Shown here piece after piece: positions 22,546 to 23,274 of a stretch of 23,274 nucleotides of DNA. Under the pieces are notes generated by a model that searched no databases, was not told where the DNA came from, and saw nothing but the letters and a program-made list of their open reading frames with translations. Within the stretch, counting starts at the first letter, position 1, and every line of letters starts with the position of its first letter. The stretch lies in the NCBI RefSeq assembly GCF_006345805.1, contig NW_021836637.1:1-23274 (forward strand), read 5' to 3'. The position numbers and the translations under genes are program-made. The stretch comes from Octopus sinensis (Eukaryota).

Positions 22546-22606
22546 TTCATAATGGCAACATCGAAAAGTACCTGAGGAATGAGAGCCGACGTTTGAAATT
22601 TCCACC

Positions 22607-22654
22607 AAAACACCTGAGTAAGGGTGGCAGGTATATCAGCCGCAACGATGTAAA
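22607..22654 (+). other. Decayed hammerhead-like motif, with an inverted partial copy at 22298-22268 that retains CTGATGA
   Basis: Plus: AAAACAC-CTGAGTA-A-GGGTG-GCAGGTATAT-CAGCC-GCAAC-GAT-GT. Minus copy: AAGACAC-CTGATGA-ACGCTG-GAGGGTATATC. Confidence 0.5.
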
Positions 22655-22667
22655 TAAAATGTAAATA

Positions 22668-22716
<49 letters not shown>

Positions 22717-22729
22717 TTAAAATTTTTTT

Positions 22730-22915
22730 CTATAAGACCGCAGGTCGCGGTCTTATAGCGACGAAAATACTTTGACGAATTGAACTTAAATGTTGAAGTA
22801 AATCGAACGGCTTTTGTGTGTATCTTAAATGGCTTACAAACACCTTCCACGCTGCAATTGTTTTCGTTTCAGCACACGATCTCAGATCAAATCACTTGCA
22901 ATGCAAGTACATCTC
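22730..22915 (+). mobile_element. Probable PLE-type fragment beginning with a 12-bp fold-back and the 3' half of an HHR-like fold
   Basis: CTATAAGACCGC/GCGGTCTTATAG hairpin at 22730-58; GTCGC/GCGAC stem followed by GAAA at 22763; adjacent to (TA)n. Confidence 0.35.
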
Positions 22916-23184
22916 TGTAATCTTTTTCATTAAATCTCTTTATGGATATCTTGGTTCTTTTTTTCTCAGAAACAATAATCTGGGATGGGATTATGAAATA
23001 AAAGGATAATCCATTTTAACATCCAATCTGCATCATTTGATTTATTTGATGAAAATTATTAAACTTTGTCTAATATATTGTCTCATACTGACTCCCTCTC
23101 TCTCCCGTCTCCCTCCTTTCTGTCTCACTCTCTATATAAAGGTTATGAGATGTAATGGAGTCAATAAATCCCAAAGGTGTCAGG

Positions 23185-23274
23185 TAATGCTGAGTAAATG
23201 CACCAGTGACGTCGCAACTCATTTCTACAGCTGAGTGAACTTGAGCAACGTGAAATAAAGTGTCTTGCTCAAGA
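23185..23274 (-). mobile_element. SINE central-domain fragment running off the window
   Basis: The minus strand reads TCTTGAGCAAGACACTTTATTTCACGTTGCTC, a CORE-like motif. Confidence 0.6.

Noticed and set aside
22571-22600. CTGAGGA...GAAA as an additional hammerhead
   Set aside because: No stem II, stem III or NUH site pairs correctly.

Overview
Eukaryotic, repeat-dominated window with no confidently identifiable protein-coding gene. The SINE families and the very high microsatellite load look like an octopod (cephalopod) genome; this is recognition from memory, not a database match. All long ORFs in the supplied track are low-complexity artefacts. From left to right: a >5.1 kb array of a 121-bp satellite derived from the 3' end of a CR1/L2-like LINE; a CpG-rich candidate first exon; CT-rich mini- and microsatellites; a 238-bp mariner MITE; an RTE-LINE remnant; a second CpG-rich island; and many tRNA-derived SINEs, one with a triplicated head. 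The most notable signal lies at 15.6-22.8 kb. There, several short unrelated elements sit in (TA)n tracts, show Penelope-like (PLE) inverted or tandem end structures, and carry hammerhead ribozyme (HHR) folds. There are five complete type I HHR cores from four sequence families plus two decayed or partial ones. They include a 559-bp tandem, retrozyme-like unit and a composite of a tRNA head, (AAT)n and an HHR-like tail. All folds were paired by hand and none is shown to be active.
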